From contig NW_020845410.1 of the NCBI RefSeq assembly GCF_003704095.1, positions 1,426,001 through 1,490,000 of the forward strand: DNA of 64,000 bases, written 5' to 3'. This stretch comes from Pocillopora damicornis. Its lineage: Eukaryota. The position numbers were made by a program, and so were the translations under genes. The notes under the pieces were generated by a model. It saw only the letters and a program-made list of their open reading frames with translations. It did no database searches and was not told the DNA's origin. Positions 12,001 through 25,085 of the stretch are shown piece after piece. Numbering within the stretch: position 1 is the stretch's first letter; each line of letters begins with the position of its first letter.

Positions 12001-12891
12001 TATAAAACAAACTTATTTTTAGTACGACAGAGAGAGAATGACCTGGAGCCTTACAGTACCAACTTGCAATATGGGAAACTTGTAAAATGTGTCTGTTCGT
12101 CTCTTTTCTTTCCACAGAAAAGCATTAAAGGCTGTCTACAAACTGGGAATATACAACTTACATACTGTGTTACCTCTAATATAAAATTCTATGGAAGGTG
12201 GGTTTGAAACCATTGAAGAGTAGCAGTTTTTCTGGTGGAAGAACTCAACAAACCATCTTTTTTTTCTTTAGCTGTAGACATATTGCACAATGGGAGGAAA
12301 AAAAATTCTGGATGTTTCAGGTAATGGCTCCAGCAGTATTTCACATACACATCATAAACACGGTTTTTAGTTGCTTTTCAATAAATTTTACATGGATATC
12401 TCAAACTCAGTGATAAGAATACAGTCACATTCATTCAGTGAAATTATTTCACTTTCATTTGGGGCCAGGACTAGAGATGTTAATAGTTGCTTACTTTTGG
12501 AAACAATTTTTTATTATTTTGTAGATAATAATCAATGAACCCGTGTAAGGTCATGTCTCACAACTTGTGAAATTTGAGAATGTTGGCATGGGGTAACCAA
12601 TTTGCATTCCACATAAGCAAAGAGATTATGGCATAGATAACTAAATGCTGCTTGCATTAACAAGTGTACCTAAAATTCACATTCCAGTGATCCAATTCTT
12701 TAGAGAAAAATTAAGCAATTTGTTGCAACATTGATTCTCTTTATGTGAATGTTACTGTTCTGATCTATCTGTAGGGCATTGTGTTTGTCATGTTAATAGT
12801 TTCGTCATCTGCGGTATGGTTAAGACAACGGCAACTGGATAGCGTGTTTTATCAGAAGGTTCAGAAACAAGTTGAAAGCGAAACAATATGA
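9007..12891 (+). CDS. JTB: Jumping translocation breakpoint protein homolog (6 exons)
   Basis: Exons 9007(or 9037)-9104, 9181-9299, 10077-10168, 12118-12197, 12272-12320 and 12775-12891; all GT-AG and phase-consistent. The protein has an N-terminal hydrophobic segment, a six-Cys ectodomain (CGKTEE..ECVHC..GCLQTG..YC..SC), EKKFWMFQG, a TM helix and RQRQLDSVFYQKVQKQVES. This matches human JTB FWKFEG...RQRQLDRKALEKVRKQIES. Confidence 0.92.
9646..9971. mobile_element. MITE (9828..9971) with 23-bp perfect terminal inverted repeats (TIRs), plus an inverted truncated sister copy (9646..9768) in JTB intron 2
   Basis: TIRs are aacttcagaataccccgcaactc (9834-9856) and gagttgcggggtattctgaagtt (9944-9966). 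The flanking direct repeat gctacat is at 9821-9827 and 9972-9978. 9646-9768 is the reverse complement of 9828-9950 with 3 mismatches. Confidence 0.85.
10854..11062. mobile_element. piggyBac-type MITE (family A), TTAA-flanked, nested in another repeat
   Basis: ttaa-cccttcaac...gttaaaggg-ttaa. Homologous copies at ~14828-15037 and ~56873-57074. Confidence 0.8.
11095..11507 (+). repeat. Near-perfect tandem duplication, 203-bp period
   Basis: gtcaagttggaagatttc...aatcaactttatta occurs at 11109-11304 and 11312-11507, with tttatta at the junctions. Confidence 0.95.
11525..11940 (+). mobile_element. Decayed 3' end of a CR1/L2-clade LINE ORF2
   Basis: Fragments CSTVW, KLQQV, KFDHFTP, MFKIRNNLAPQY and HRYNTRNKDSLNLPKC..SLFKFNLKKYL are typical of the post-RT C-terminus of CR1/L2 elements. 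Stops and frameshifts are present. Confidence 0.8.
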
Positions 12892-14354
12892 TTATGGATG
12901 GATGCACAGGAATAGGAAAACTTGCAATAAAATGTGGAGTGGGTCGATGGATCGTCCTGTACCTAATATTTATTCAATTCAGAGGGAAGTACCTGGAGTT
13001 GGCCATTCAGTAGTGATTAAGGAGGAGGCAGATGCATTACCCCAAACTGATGAAAGAACAGCAGATGTTGTCCCAAAATATAATTTTTGTCAAGATTCCA
13101 ACACATCATACATTAAATTTGTCTTTTATTGACATGCAGAGTGTCCATAACTGAGGCAGAAACTTCATGGTTTGCATGCGCTTGTCATCCCAGAAAGATG
13201 GAGAATAATATCAGTTTTCTGCTTTTTTAGGCTGAGTTATGGACTTTTGTAACAGAGAGTGGTTTGGGTTTGACTCAACACACCTCTTGAAATTCTATTT
13301 CAAATGTTCTGACTGATACTCTTTAAACCTACTTTGATATATTTTATTTATTAAAATGAATAGAGATGGCTGTCACCTTGATATACATGTACTGTGCATG
13401 TGGCATGCATTGTATTTTATTTAAGATGAATCCACTGAAATAACTGAAGTGCTAGTGAGAAACAACTCATTGTTTTGAAATAAAAAAAATTGTTATTAGA
13501 AATGATAGAATTGGAAAGAGGAAAATGGCTTTGTGTAGACTTAAATATGGAAAGACCTCTGTAGGTGCCAATAACTACTTCAGAAATTTTTCCTTTGGAA
13601 TGATCCAGTGTATGTCAAGAAAGGAATTTTCTGTTTATTGGTACTGAAGCAGGATTGATATCATGCATCAGTTCAGATAAATTTTTATAGAACAAAATGT
13701 TTTGAGGTAGAAGTTTAACTGTGTTAAACTGCAGAGTAATGGTGAGTTCACTTACCTTTGCAAAATACATGGATGAAGCAGTTCTTGTGTGCACTATAAA
13801 CTGTACATTCCCTCCTGCATGTGCTATTTGTGACATGAAAACATACTGTATATCTTTATTATCTGTTGCCATGCGTAGTACCAGTTGTTTCAAATACACA
13901 CACAACTTAGAACTGATGAAAATATTTAGAAATATCCACTTTAATCAGTTCCCTCAGAAAAGTATGGATAAGACAATATAAATATGAATGTAGAGTTCTT
14001 CTCGACAGTTGCTGTAAATAAATAATTTTTAGTGCACATAATAAAGATGAAGTTTGTTGAGAAACTGTACGTGTTCCCATTAGTTGTTGTTGTTGGTTTT
14101 TGTCTTTCTATGCTGTATCAAAATTATTGTCAAAGACACTCAATTTAATAATAGAAATAATAAGAAAACAATGATATCTGTTTTTAACCGCAGTTGATGC
14201 AGTTGAATTATTAACTATCTCAAGATAAGCTTTTTCTCCAGACCTATATATTTACTGATAATCAGAAAGAAGGCTCACAATGAAGTTCTATAAATATCCT
14301 TTGGTTTTCTGATGCAATGCTGACAAGTCTCATTTTTGGACCTGACTGTCATTC

Positions 14355-14490
14355 TTTAACATCAATGTGCATATTTTTTTAATGCTGTTCTATATACATT
14401 TCCTAAGGCACTAGTACAACAATCGAGAGCCTCTTCAGTTGGTGATTGTTTCCTTAATTCTCATGAATAATGAGAAATTAGATGCCAATA
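14355..14490. repeat. MITE family B, degenerate copy
   Basis: Shares aacatca.tgtgcatatt...tttcctaagg...aatc.agagc.tctt.agttggtgat with 15321-15460, 46590-46777 and 55610-55823. Confidence 0.6.
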
Positions 14491-14604
14491 TCTCTGACCT
14501 GACAAAATGTAATTATCCAAATATTTTCATTGTTTACAAGACAATTGTTATTGAAAGTAAAAGCTGTGCAGCAGTAAATTCTTGAATTACTTAAGAAGTT
14601 CCCT

Positions 14605-17600
14605 TCAATTCGCTGACAAAAGGGCTAATATTTCTGCATTTTCGTAAGTGACAGATGAAGGTGTGCTTTGCAGATCACCACCACTCTCTTTGCTTTTCAT
14701 ATAGTTCTCTGCATCTGTTACCATTGCTTTAGCAACTGTTGCCACAGGTATGGATGTCATCACCAGTTCTAATAACAGAAGAAAACAATCATTGTTGGGA
14801 TAAGAGATGAAATCAGGGTCAAATTCTTTAACCCTATTACTCCCAAATCTAATCATGAACTCTCCTTTTTAACTGCTACACATTTCCTTGTAAATCAGAT
14901 GTGAGCAATAAGATTAGATTAAGGTAACAACTTCTGCCTGATAAGTTTGATTAAATCTCATTACCTGTTTGCTGGATAATGTGTGGATATTAATGGGAGA
15001 AGTTAAATGTTAATCAATTCTGAGAGTTAAAGGGTTAGGAGTACAAAGGACAAAGAGTACAAAGGACAAAAAATGCGAGAACAAGGCCTTAGTAGGCTGA
15101 TGAGCCAAGAGACCTATGGAGCTGCAGGGCATCTAGCCTTTGTGGATTGAGGTGACTAAGAGTAGTCCTGTGGCCCCATTCTCCCCATTAGGAATGGACA
15201 CAAAAATGACAATGATGATGAAGAGTATTACTACTCCTTGCATGGAATGCCTCAGTGTATTGCCTGTCAGGTTACCCACACAGTTTAATCAGGTATTGCT
15301 CACAGTGAAGCAGCACTCATTTAACTCTTTACACCCTAACATCAGAATGCATATTCTTCATACTGTTTTCCACACATTTCTTACAGTGCTTACAAGGAGA
15401 ATTTGACCAACAATCAAGAGCTTCTTTAGTTGGTGATCATTTCCTCCATTCTCCATGGTTAAGGGGTAGTGCAGATGAAAGTAACCCAAGTTGAATATAA
15501 CCTGCTCACTTACTTGCCATCTTCTCTACAAATCTCTGTTTGCTCCCTCGGTCAAGAAAACCAGGTCTAAAAATGCTTGTGTTTGGAAACTGCATGTCCT
15601 TCAATGCATTCTCCACCTGAAAACAGTTTCAAAAAACAGTTATCACTCTGGCCCAAATGTTACTGTTATTGCACAGATTAACAAAGGAAGTATGTAGTGC
15701 TTGTGTGGTGTCAATTCAGGTTCTCTTCTGATTTATTTTTGTATGCATGACAGAGTGAGGTGAAGAAGTGAATATCTCAGGAGAAGACAACAGTTATCAA
15801 AAACATACCTGGCCTTTTGTTTTCAGGTAGAGGAAAGAACTTGAAGCTGATGCACCTTGAGAAGATACTAAGGACACCTGAGGGACATCTGCCTCTTTAG
15901 CAATTTTTGCACAGTTAACCACATAGTCAAAGTCCACATGTTTAAAGGCAGCCTATAAGTATAAATAAAGAAAAAGAAACCTTTCTATGAATTAAATGAT
16001 TTAAGTTACTTCATTAAGAAAACTGACCAGAAGAATGATTGGGAACTTCCAACCAACATAATCTGTAGAATAGGACTGTTCCTGCATGTGACACAGATTA
16101 ATCTCTCCAACCTACAGGTTGGTCATAGTTTGAAAATTTTTCTGAAATTTCTCTCTATTCAACGACAGGTTCATATTGATTTTACACTCTGTCAAATACA
16201 CTTATTATATCTCTGAGTTTGTACGTGCATAGTAATTGGTCATAGCCAATTCACTTTATGGTCCCTAAATTCCCCAGAATGGCCCCAGAGATATAATAAA
16301 TATCGTACTAACCTCATTTTCTTGATCCATATCATAAATTATGCTACGTTGTTTTTTTCTGCAGGAATTAAAGGTCTATGCCCTTCATGGATGGGCCATA
16401 AAATCAGAGCAGAAAAAACTTGGTCTGTAACTTACAATACAAACTTGAACTTAGTTAGAAAGAGGTACCAGTATATTTCATCCACTAGATCTGAGACCAT
16501 AACCCAGAATACTTACAGCAGATCCTGCAGCTCGTCGAGTTGTGCCCAGAGTACAAAAGAAGACATCTTTGTGCTTAAAATGTTCACCAACTGTTTCAGT
16601 GCTTAATTTCTCAAAGTCTGAAGTTAGAGAGAGATAATTTGTCTCAGGTTGGCATACGATATAAAAAATTGCAACTTTGGGAACCACTCAATAACAACAG
16701 TGCTTGAATTTCTAACATGAAAAATATTAAAATATGTGATTTTAGAATATACTTTACCTATGACATGTTGCTCCAGTCTTCCAGATTCCTCTTCAGCTTT
16801 TTGATCCACAGAATATTCTGAAGGGATTGTGGCATTTCTCCGACCCAAAGAAACAACTTTGGATATATTCTGAAATTGTTTATAATCAAGCAATTTTTAA
16901 AACACACAATATACATGGTTTTTAATTTATCACATGATTATCAGTACATGTACATGTTGTTGCCAACTCTTTTAAAAGGTTATAAAATCAAATCAAACTC
17001 TCCCATACTTATTTGAAATAAACTTTTCAATGATAGCCTGCCGAGTTTAGAAATTAAAATCAATCTTTAATCAATAGTATTTTTAAATTACTTTGACTGT
17101 TGTACTACTGCATTCTACGACAAAAAAGGCAAACAAAGAAATGACAGGAAATATTCAGCTTATCATTTACCTTCCGTGATTTTAAAGCATTCCAAATACA
17201 CTCTGAAATTAAATCGACTTATTCAAAGATTGAGATTACCAACGATTAGACTTCTAAATATTCGAAAATAAAAATAAAATAAAATAAATATTTTCATGCA
17301 CTGAGAGCTCAAAGATTGCATTATAGCAAAAGAAAAATGGTAAAAAAAAATAGCAATGACGGTATTTTTAAACTTTTGAACATACACAGTGTAAGGTTAC
17401 TAAAAATAAATTATTGTTCATTTATTACATAAATGGGTCACGCCATGATCAAATAGTTGTGAAATAACTACTGAAAATATCACGATATAATCGTTTGAAA
17501 GGGATTATTCTCGCAGAGGCGAACCTTAGAGTTTAAAAGTTCTCCCAGCAAATGTTCTCCGATAGCTCCAGTAGAACCGATCATAACAGCCCTCATACCC

Positions 17601-17647
17601 GGCGGCTCAGCAGCTGCGTTCGAACCCGTAACATTTCCTTCGGCCAT
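14605..17647 (-). CDS. HTATIP2: Oxidoreductase HTATIP2/TIP30 (CC3), SDR-like NAD(P)-binding protein (6 exons)
   Basis: Exons 17647-17525, 16869-16758, 16617-16517, 15952-15809, 15616-15514 and 14768-14605; phase-consistent GT-AG. Motifs: GSTGAIG, LGRR, FCTLGTTR, FKHVDFDYV, LVSSQGA, FLYLKTKGQVE, SIFRPG, SIPVATVAKAM. Confidence 0.93.
14828..15037. mobile_element. piggyBac-type MITE (family A)
   Basis: ttaaccctattactccc...gagttaaagggttag, colinear with 10854-11062. Confidence 0.75.
15321..15460. repeat. MITE family B, partial copy
   Basis: ttaactctttacaccctaacatcag...aatcaagagcttctttagttggtgatcattt, colinear with 55610-55823. Confidence 0.7.
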
Positions 17648-20600
17648 ATTTCTCTGATACCCCAAGTATCATTGCGTGCTTTGCCTAAGCCTTGCAAGAG
17701 GGAGACTAAGAGCTAGCGATTGAAAAGCAGCTCAACCACCTTTGTTCCCTTTGTGACGTTTCTGAGGCTGACTTCTCCATACAAGATAGATTAATTCAAT
17801 TAAAGCCATCTGTTCAGCCGAAATGTCAACGTAGGAAATAATAGTCTTTGATGTACATTGAGACAAGAGCCCGCTGAGGTGCACCATTAGATATGACTTT
17901 ATCAATCCGTGACTAATCAGTAAGTTCGGGTGGCTTCGCATCTGGTAAAACCGATATGGATACAAATTTCTCGCGGACTTCTTTCAGAGCAAGGCATTTC
18001 ATAAAAGAAAAGTGTATCAGCCTTCTTGAAGCGTTGTCACCGAACAATTCTTTAGTTGTTCACTTTAATTAACAAACTGTAGAATTCTTGATAAGTGGAT
18101 CCTTGTTATCTGTGGGTATTCCATTGCACCACTTCAGACAATTACCCGACAGGTTAATTTAATCATGTTTTTATTTATCTTAACCCTTCATGGGACATTT
18201 TCCCATGGACAGGCGCTCTCCACTCAAGTTTCCGTACTGAAAAGTGTAACACAGGCAAGGGCGTCGAAGGGGCGGGTGGGGGGATCTAACCACCTGATTT
18301 GCCAAGAAAAAATGGAAATTTGTACTCATAAGACATTTAAGACAACCTTACATAGTCACAAATAGAAGAAATCCGCTAATCTTTGAGCCAAACCCCCTCC
18401 CCCTCCCCTCCACGTCTCCCATTCCCAAAATTGTAAGACCCTCAAGGGTTTGGAGGCAAAGGCTAACAGCCGACGCGTCTGTAGGTTTAGATTTAAAACA
18501 ATGGTTCTTTCTAATTGATAACAAGATTATGGAAACACAGACTATTGCATAATTCCGCCTCAAAAAAATTTGTTTCTTACATAAACAAAAAGGTTGTCAT
18601 ATTTACAGGATTTTTTTTCTCATAAATCCCTTTTAATTCTTATTACTGTATATTTTGGCCAACAGCCATTATCCCGGAAAAAATCTCAAGTACTAGAGGA
18701 TCGAGAAGGTTCCCGTAGTTACGTTTAGTTACACGAACTACAAGCCACGATCATTTGACGAGTTTAAGATTCGTGGTTATGAAATATGACTTCATTTTAA
18801 CAATTCCCTAATGAAAAATAAACGTTTCAAAACTGTCTCTCTTGGCATTCTCCTCAAAGAAACTTATCTCAAATATTTTTTAGGGATCATCCAACGAAAT
18901 GAATCTCAAAGCCTTTCCAACTCTTGAGATTTTGCCAGATTAAAAAAATAAAGATGACTGTCGCCAGCAATGCATTGAAATTTTCTAGAAACCATAAATA
19001 AAGAGTATTTCTTCAATGATAAATATGGCGTCTTGCTGTTAGGTTAAATTCAGACCGAGCTGATTTTGAGAGGTTTTACCAGGTGTATTACATCATGTAA
19101 TGGTATTCTTATATTATCCATTAATGAAAGTCTTCAAAATCTGACTTAAATCAACCACATCTCCACACGAAAAAAAAGCAAAGGCACTATCGAGACATTA
19201 TCCAATGAGTTATTCAACTTTAGTATGATTCATCCTCCACGTTGGCAGACGAAATTTGACCCCGTGTGGTATCATGGGATTTCTTAATGGCCACCTTATC
19301 GCAGATCTGCCCATTCTTAACTTACGTAACAGAAAAATCAAACAATGGTCTTTCCAAGCTTTTGTCTATTACACGTGAAATTATTTTAAGCGTTTGTTCA
19401 GAAAGGATACCAGGAATAAATCTCATCTGTAATAAAATACTCAAACAACCCAACAGTTTGTTTTTGACCCAGACGAGTGTCTAAGACCCTTGAACTTTTT
19501 CATCTGAAAGGAAAATCGACCTTAAATTTTAAGCAAATTTCATTGACAACCATGAACAGTGGAGCAAATTAACGAAACCATATCTTTTATCCGATGTAAA
19601 ACTTCCTAACAATCCAAATCGTTTGACATATGCGACAAACACGTGCAACAGAAGAGTCAAGGTTGTCGGTCCACTGAGATCAGAAAGGTTTGAATCTCTT
19701 ATTGTCTTTGTTAAATTTTCATGAGATAATAGCACTTGTTTCGACGTAACTCCCTAACAAATATCCAACGCCGATTAGAGTCATAGTCTGAGAAATGTTT
19801 CTGTCGCATCAAAGTTTAGCTGAATCGTACAACGACTAAAGCAAATTGGATTAAACTTCACATAAATCGAAGCATTAGCAATTTCAACTTAGACATGCGT
19901 GGCGCGGCGCGCGGGAACGAAACCGCAATTGTTCATTGCTTCGAGTACATGAAAACTCACTGAAAAATTGAAAACAGGTAAAACCGCATTAAATAGAACA
20001 GCGACTGGATTAACAAGTGGCCAGGTGTCTAGTTTCGTGGAAGGAAAATGATCCCTCACCCGACGATATTTCTTGTGAAGGGTCTCTTATGCATGGAAAG
20101 GTAATTCAATCTTGTATCTCCCGCAGGATCAAACGTTGAGGACATTAAAAATATTCACTGATCTATCGAGCAAAAAGACTTCAAGTACCGATTGACGTGT
20201 ATTAGCTTTAAATTTAGAGAGACTGCTTTGTAGAATGGCAGAATTTTTAGCATAACTGAAAGATCAAAGCGGTAGAAAGTTCCCTAAAGCAAAATGTTTT
20301 GACGTAATTTGACTAAATTAATTGGTCAGCCTCTCGATGCTCTTGCTTCGAAGTATTTTTGTAGAAAATTTTCGTTCTGATATTTTTCTGCAGGTGCTCA
20401 TGCTCTCATATCACAACACTCGCTCGACTCGATGCGTTTTTATCGCTCTTTTCTAAAGTCTCATTGGCCACATAAATTGCTGTTTGACTAAATAATTCTG
20501 TTACGCAATTCGTTGTTATCCAACTGAACTAGAACCTACTCAGTTTAAAATAGCGATTCAGTCAAACTTCTCATTTGCCTCTGAAGTTGTTACTGTTAGT

Positions 20601-23600
20601 GCTGAAATTAAGAGTAAGGAAATGAATCCATATGACTTTCCTATACTTGCGATTTTAATAAATAAAAATTGTTCACACTGTAGGTCTTCGGCGCCTTATC
20701 GAACATGCAATGATGTCATGTTCTACTACATATACTGCAGTTTCCAGTATTTTCCCCTCAGCAATAAGAGAAGTGATCAAAGTAAGCTATTGGAAAAATA
20801 TTAAGTAGTAGAAATAACAATGGCAAGAAATTCACTGACTAGTGAGCCGAAGAAGAATGTTTTGTGAACCCTAATACTTCTACCTCATTGCTCGAAATGA
20901 AAAACAATGTTGATGTAGTTTATTCCTGCCTTTAGTTTGCTGTCTTTGACGGGGTTTAAGATTATAAAAAAGAGATTTGATGTTTACTTTAAAAGAATTT
21001 AAAGCAAGGAATGATTTCAAAGAGTAGGGCTTTCCATTTCGAAGTTTTTTTTGCCCTTCACCTGAAGCAACGAAAGCAAACACGTGGATCGACTCTGATT
21101 CTCTATGTAATGTAGATTGCACACAAAGTCACGACAACCCCTTCCAATAAACAACCGATTGACCCCTCAAAAAATTTGTTTTAGTTTTATTCAATTTAAA
21201 CAAGATGATAACAAATTAATCGAATGTTTTTCTTTCGAATCAGCGAACCTTACGATTCGAAAACCTTTGACACAGGACAGGAAGTTTATAAAGCATGATC
21301 TCAGTCTTGCTGAAAGACTTGTGACGATGCCAAAGCGCAAGCCTTTGCCGTGTAAAATTTCACAATTTAAAGTTTCAGTTGTATTATTTTCCAGGATTTT
21401 AAAAACTTAGTAGAGAGCTCTCAGTTTAATTGCTTGATATATCATACAAAAAGGCAACATATTTCTTCAGAGAACAGAAGGTTACTCGAATCAAGAGACT
21501 ACATGTTAGTGTCATCAAAGTTGTAAGCTTCACCTGAGCTAGTCATGTTCAATACTTGTTTATTCTAACGATCAAATTTTGTATAGTCATTCAAGGCAGC
21601 AAGTTAGATGCAGAGAATCTTTAAAGGTACAAAAGTTATAGCCTGGCAAATCAAGCCACAGAGCACAGACTCTTGCGATTTGCCCTGATGATGTTTTCAG
21701 TAAATACTGTCTTGAGATATTTTTTTAGGGAGGCTTTCTTTTCAAGCCTGAACATTGATAAATTAAATTAAAACTAAATAGCATCCACAGAAGTTACGGT
21801 CATATTACCAAGTTTGATAACTCAAACAACTCTTTAATGGATACTTTCATCTAAAATAAAAATCTGACATAAAGCAACATTATGAAATTGTTTTTTTAAG
21901 ATGCTCTCGGTAGAAAAATGGCGGACGAAATGACAGTAAATAGCTTCGTTGACAGTAAATAACTTCTTTTCAAATCTTGGATTTTCTATGAGTAAACATC
22001 GGAGCTAAAAGTATGTTTTATAAAAAGCATAAGTGAGTGAAGTAGAGCTTTGCAGTCGAGAGATATTGAGACTGAATTCTTGAAAGAGTATTACATGCTA
22101 ACCCGGTATGCTATAACTCTATGGTGATGTTGTTATAGTGTCTCAAAGTAAATGGGCTAAGAGCACGCGAAAAAAAGTTAATTTTTAAGAAACAGAATTG
22201 TTTGGGGAATGACAATGTTAAGCAAAGTAGTATGCATGTGAACCGCTGCAGGCAGAACATTTCAACTGGTGAGCAGAACTTTCATGAAGCACTGTTGACA
22301 GTTATGCATGGCTGTTTCATCTTTCACTGAGTTTTAAAGATCCAAAGCCCTGTGCTCGATCTTTTCCATAAGGACGGGAAACTTTTTCACTGAGATACAT
22401 ACTACCGTGTGTGGTAAATGCCATACAAATAGTACCCTTGGCTTTGGTGGGAAATAAAGTCTAGCACATGGACAAGCCTTGAATTAATGAAGTGCTTTAT
22501 CTCTTTAAGGAGTCGGCCAGAGTTCAGTGTTAATCTTAAGGGCTTACGCTTATTATGGCCTAATTTAAAACTCCTCTAATACGGAAACTTTTATTTCTTG
22601 TGATCATTATCGAGTTAGCTCGCTTTTTGCAAACACACATGAAATAAAAAATAAAAACTATACTATGCTCATATAGAGCGTGACCTTTCAAACAAAGTTA
22701 TACAGCATTCAGAAATGATATTTTATTTTCAAAATTCGACAGATTTTTCGTTCTTTGCCCAGCTCTAGGTGGTTCCAGCAGTTAATTACTATATCCAGTG
22801 ATAAGAAATACCACGTCTATGTGGACAGTATTTGAGAGATTTTGAAGAGCAGAACTATATTAATGACCCGACCGTCTGTTGTTACATGTCCGACGCAACT
22901 TTTGTTTATAATCCATATCCAAATAATTATTTTCAATTTATGAGCTGCGTGCAATTGACTTTTCACTCCACATACTTATTTCAATATATTCGCTGTCTCT
23001 TTGTTGTTATGAAACGTTAATCTTGTAGAGCTTGCAAACGGTACTCTCTGAGGTGCACTGGTCAGCCATTGGTAACACAGAGGCCTTTGTTAAACTTAGA
23101 CTGAATGCTCGAGGCTTCGCTCGACTGGTTCCCTTGTCCTAACACAAAAATAATGATTTATCACTGTGTCATATTCTTGTCTTCAGAAATCAATCTCAAT
23201 GACCCTTCGTGTTACTATAAATGAACGGTAATTTGCTATTTTTGTCCCAAATGTTTTCAGTGATGTTGGTTCGTTTTATATTGTAGGGCATTAGATATAT
23301 TTAATATTTCCCAATTTACGACTAAAAAGAAACATTCCTATTGAAAACGCTTCGTCCATTCTTAATTATCTCTCTGCGAAGATTCCCTAAATTTTCAATT
23401 AATCTCCGATTAGGAAAGAATGAAACAAATTATAGACAAATTTCATTAAAGTTTTTGTTTTAGCAACGAACGTCTGGTGTGTGGGGCAGTACTGTAAAAT
23501 ATCATTTGATACCATGTTTACGATAGCCCTTATAGAGAAACGAGTGGAAAAAAAAATACGCAGCCCATATTAGGAACAAAAATGCCATACATTTGAGCAT

Positions 23601-24507
23601 ATATCTTAATTCCGTGACGGCTTAACCCACTGCGGCTCAAGTGATCGATACATCATTCAAGGCCGGGCGTTTTTCAACATTGAGAGGCTTAAGAAGTCAA
23701 CTAGCTTTTAATTAAACTTTCCGGTTATTGTTAATCGCTACCAACTGCAAAGGAATGCGTATTATCATCCATTTAAAGCAGAATGAGCTGCAAATCCATT
23801 TATCATCTACCTCATTGTTGATCTTTCATGGTCTCCAATTGCAGTTATAAAAAGTGTTCGTAAAATGCGAAAGTGTACATCCTTTTCAGCCTTAGATTCA
23901 CAGAATCGTTTAAAGTATCCAGCACCAAGTGAAGACAACATATGATAGTAAACCGCTAAACTGTGTACTTCACTGAAAGGTAAAACCGCAAAGCGAAGGA
24001 TTATCTTTTCCACCCGTTCTCTTTTAAGCTTCAGCACGCAAAAGAGACTTGAAAACTAAATAGAGGTTTATGAGTGCGACACAAGCTGACCTTACAAGTT
24101 GCTATACAAATAATATTGGACCATGTGGCGCCTATAATCTTTATTCCAAATAAAAGCTGATATTAGCGAAGGTTTCAGGATCGCTAAGGAATCAAGGTCA
24201 CAAGGAGCTCGATGATGACGTAACAAGGTTGCTTATCAAGGTGCGAAACTAATTCGCACGTCTGCCACTTGGTTGGAGGTATGAGTGCTAACGAGATGGG
24301 GGTCGGACTAATGAAACTTAATATATTGGATGCATCGAGTAAATGTTTACCCTCTTGTTATATTCGATTTCCATGAGTATGACTTTTTTCTTGCTACTGA
24401 ATTTTCTATCTGCCTCCTTGGTCAATTTATCAAGATTAATTCCGATCCTGATAAGGTCTGACATAGCTTTGACTGGATGCTTTTTCCAGGGAGTCTTCGC
24501 ACACAGC

Positions 24508-24950
24508 GACTGACTGTCTGACTGGTTGACTGACTGATTGAGTGACTGATTGTCTGACTGACTGATTAAGTGGCTGACTGGACTGACTGGTCCACTGAGT
24601 TAATGTTTGACGGATTGACTGACTGAACTATCGTCTTACTGACTAACTAAATGACTTACTTGCTGACTGTCTTAATGATTGAGTAATTGTCTGAGTGACT
24701 AACTGAATGACTTACTAACTGACTAACTGACTTACTGACTGACTCACTGACTGACTGACTGGCTGACTGACTGATTGGCTGACCGACTGACTGACTGGCT
24801 GACTTATTATTAGTGATTGGCTGACTGACTTACGGACTGAATGACTTAGTCGCTCACTCACCTACCCACTGACTCGCTTACTCACCAGCAAACTCACTCA
24901 CTCACTCATTGACGGATTGGCTGACTAACTGATCGACTGGAGGATTGTCT

Positions 24951-24984
<34 letters not shown>

Positions 24985-25085
24985 GTGGCTGATTGATAGA
25001 GTGACTGACAGCTGGCTGACCAAGAACCGACCACGTACTGGTTTGCCGACCTACTGGCCAACTGAAAGAATGGATGAATGGATAA
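24508..25085. repeat. Long degenerate (GACT/TGAC)n tetranucleotide microsatellite
   Basis: About 570 bp of gactgactgact variants with an internal (CTCA)n patch. Confidence 0.95.
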
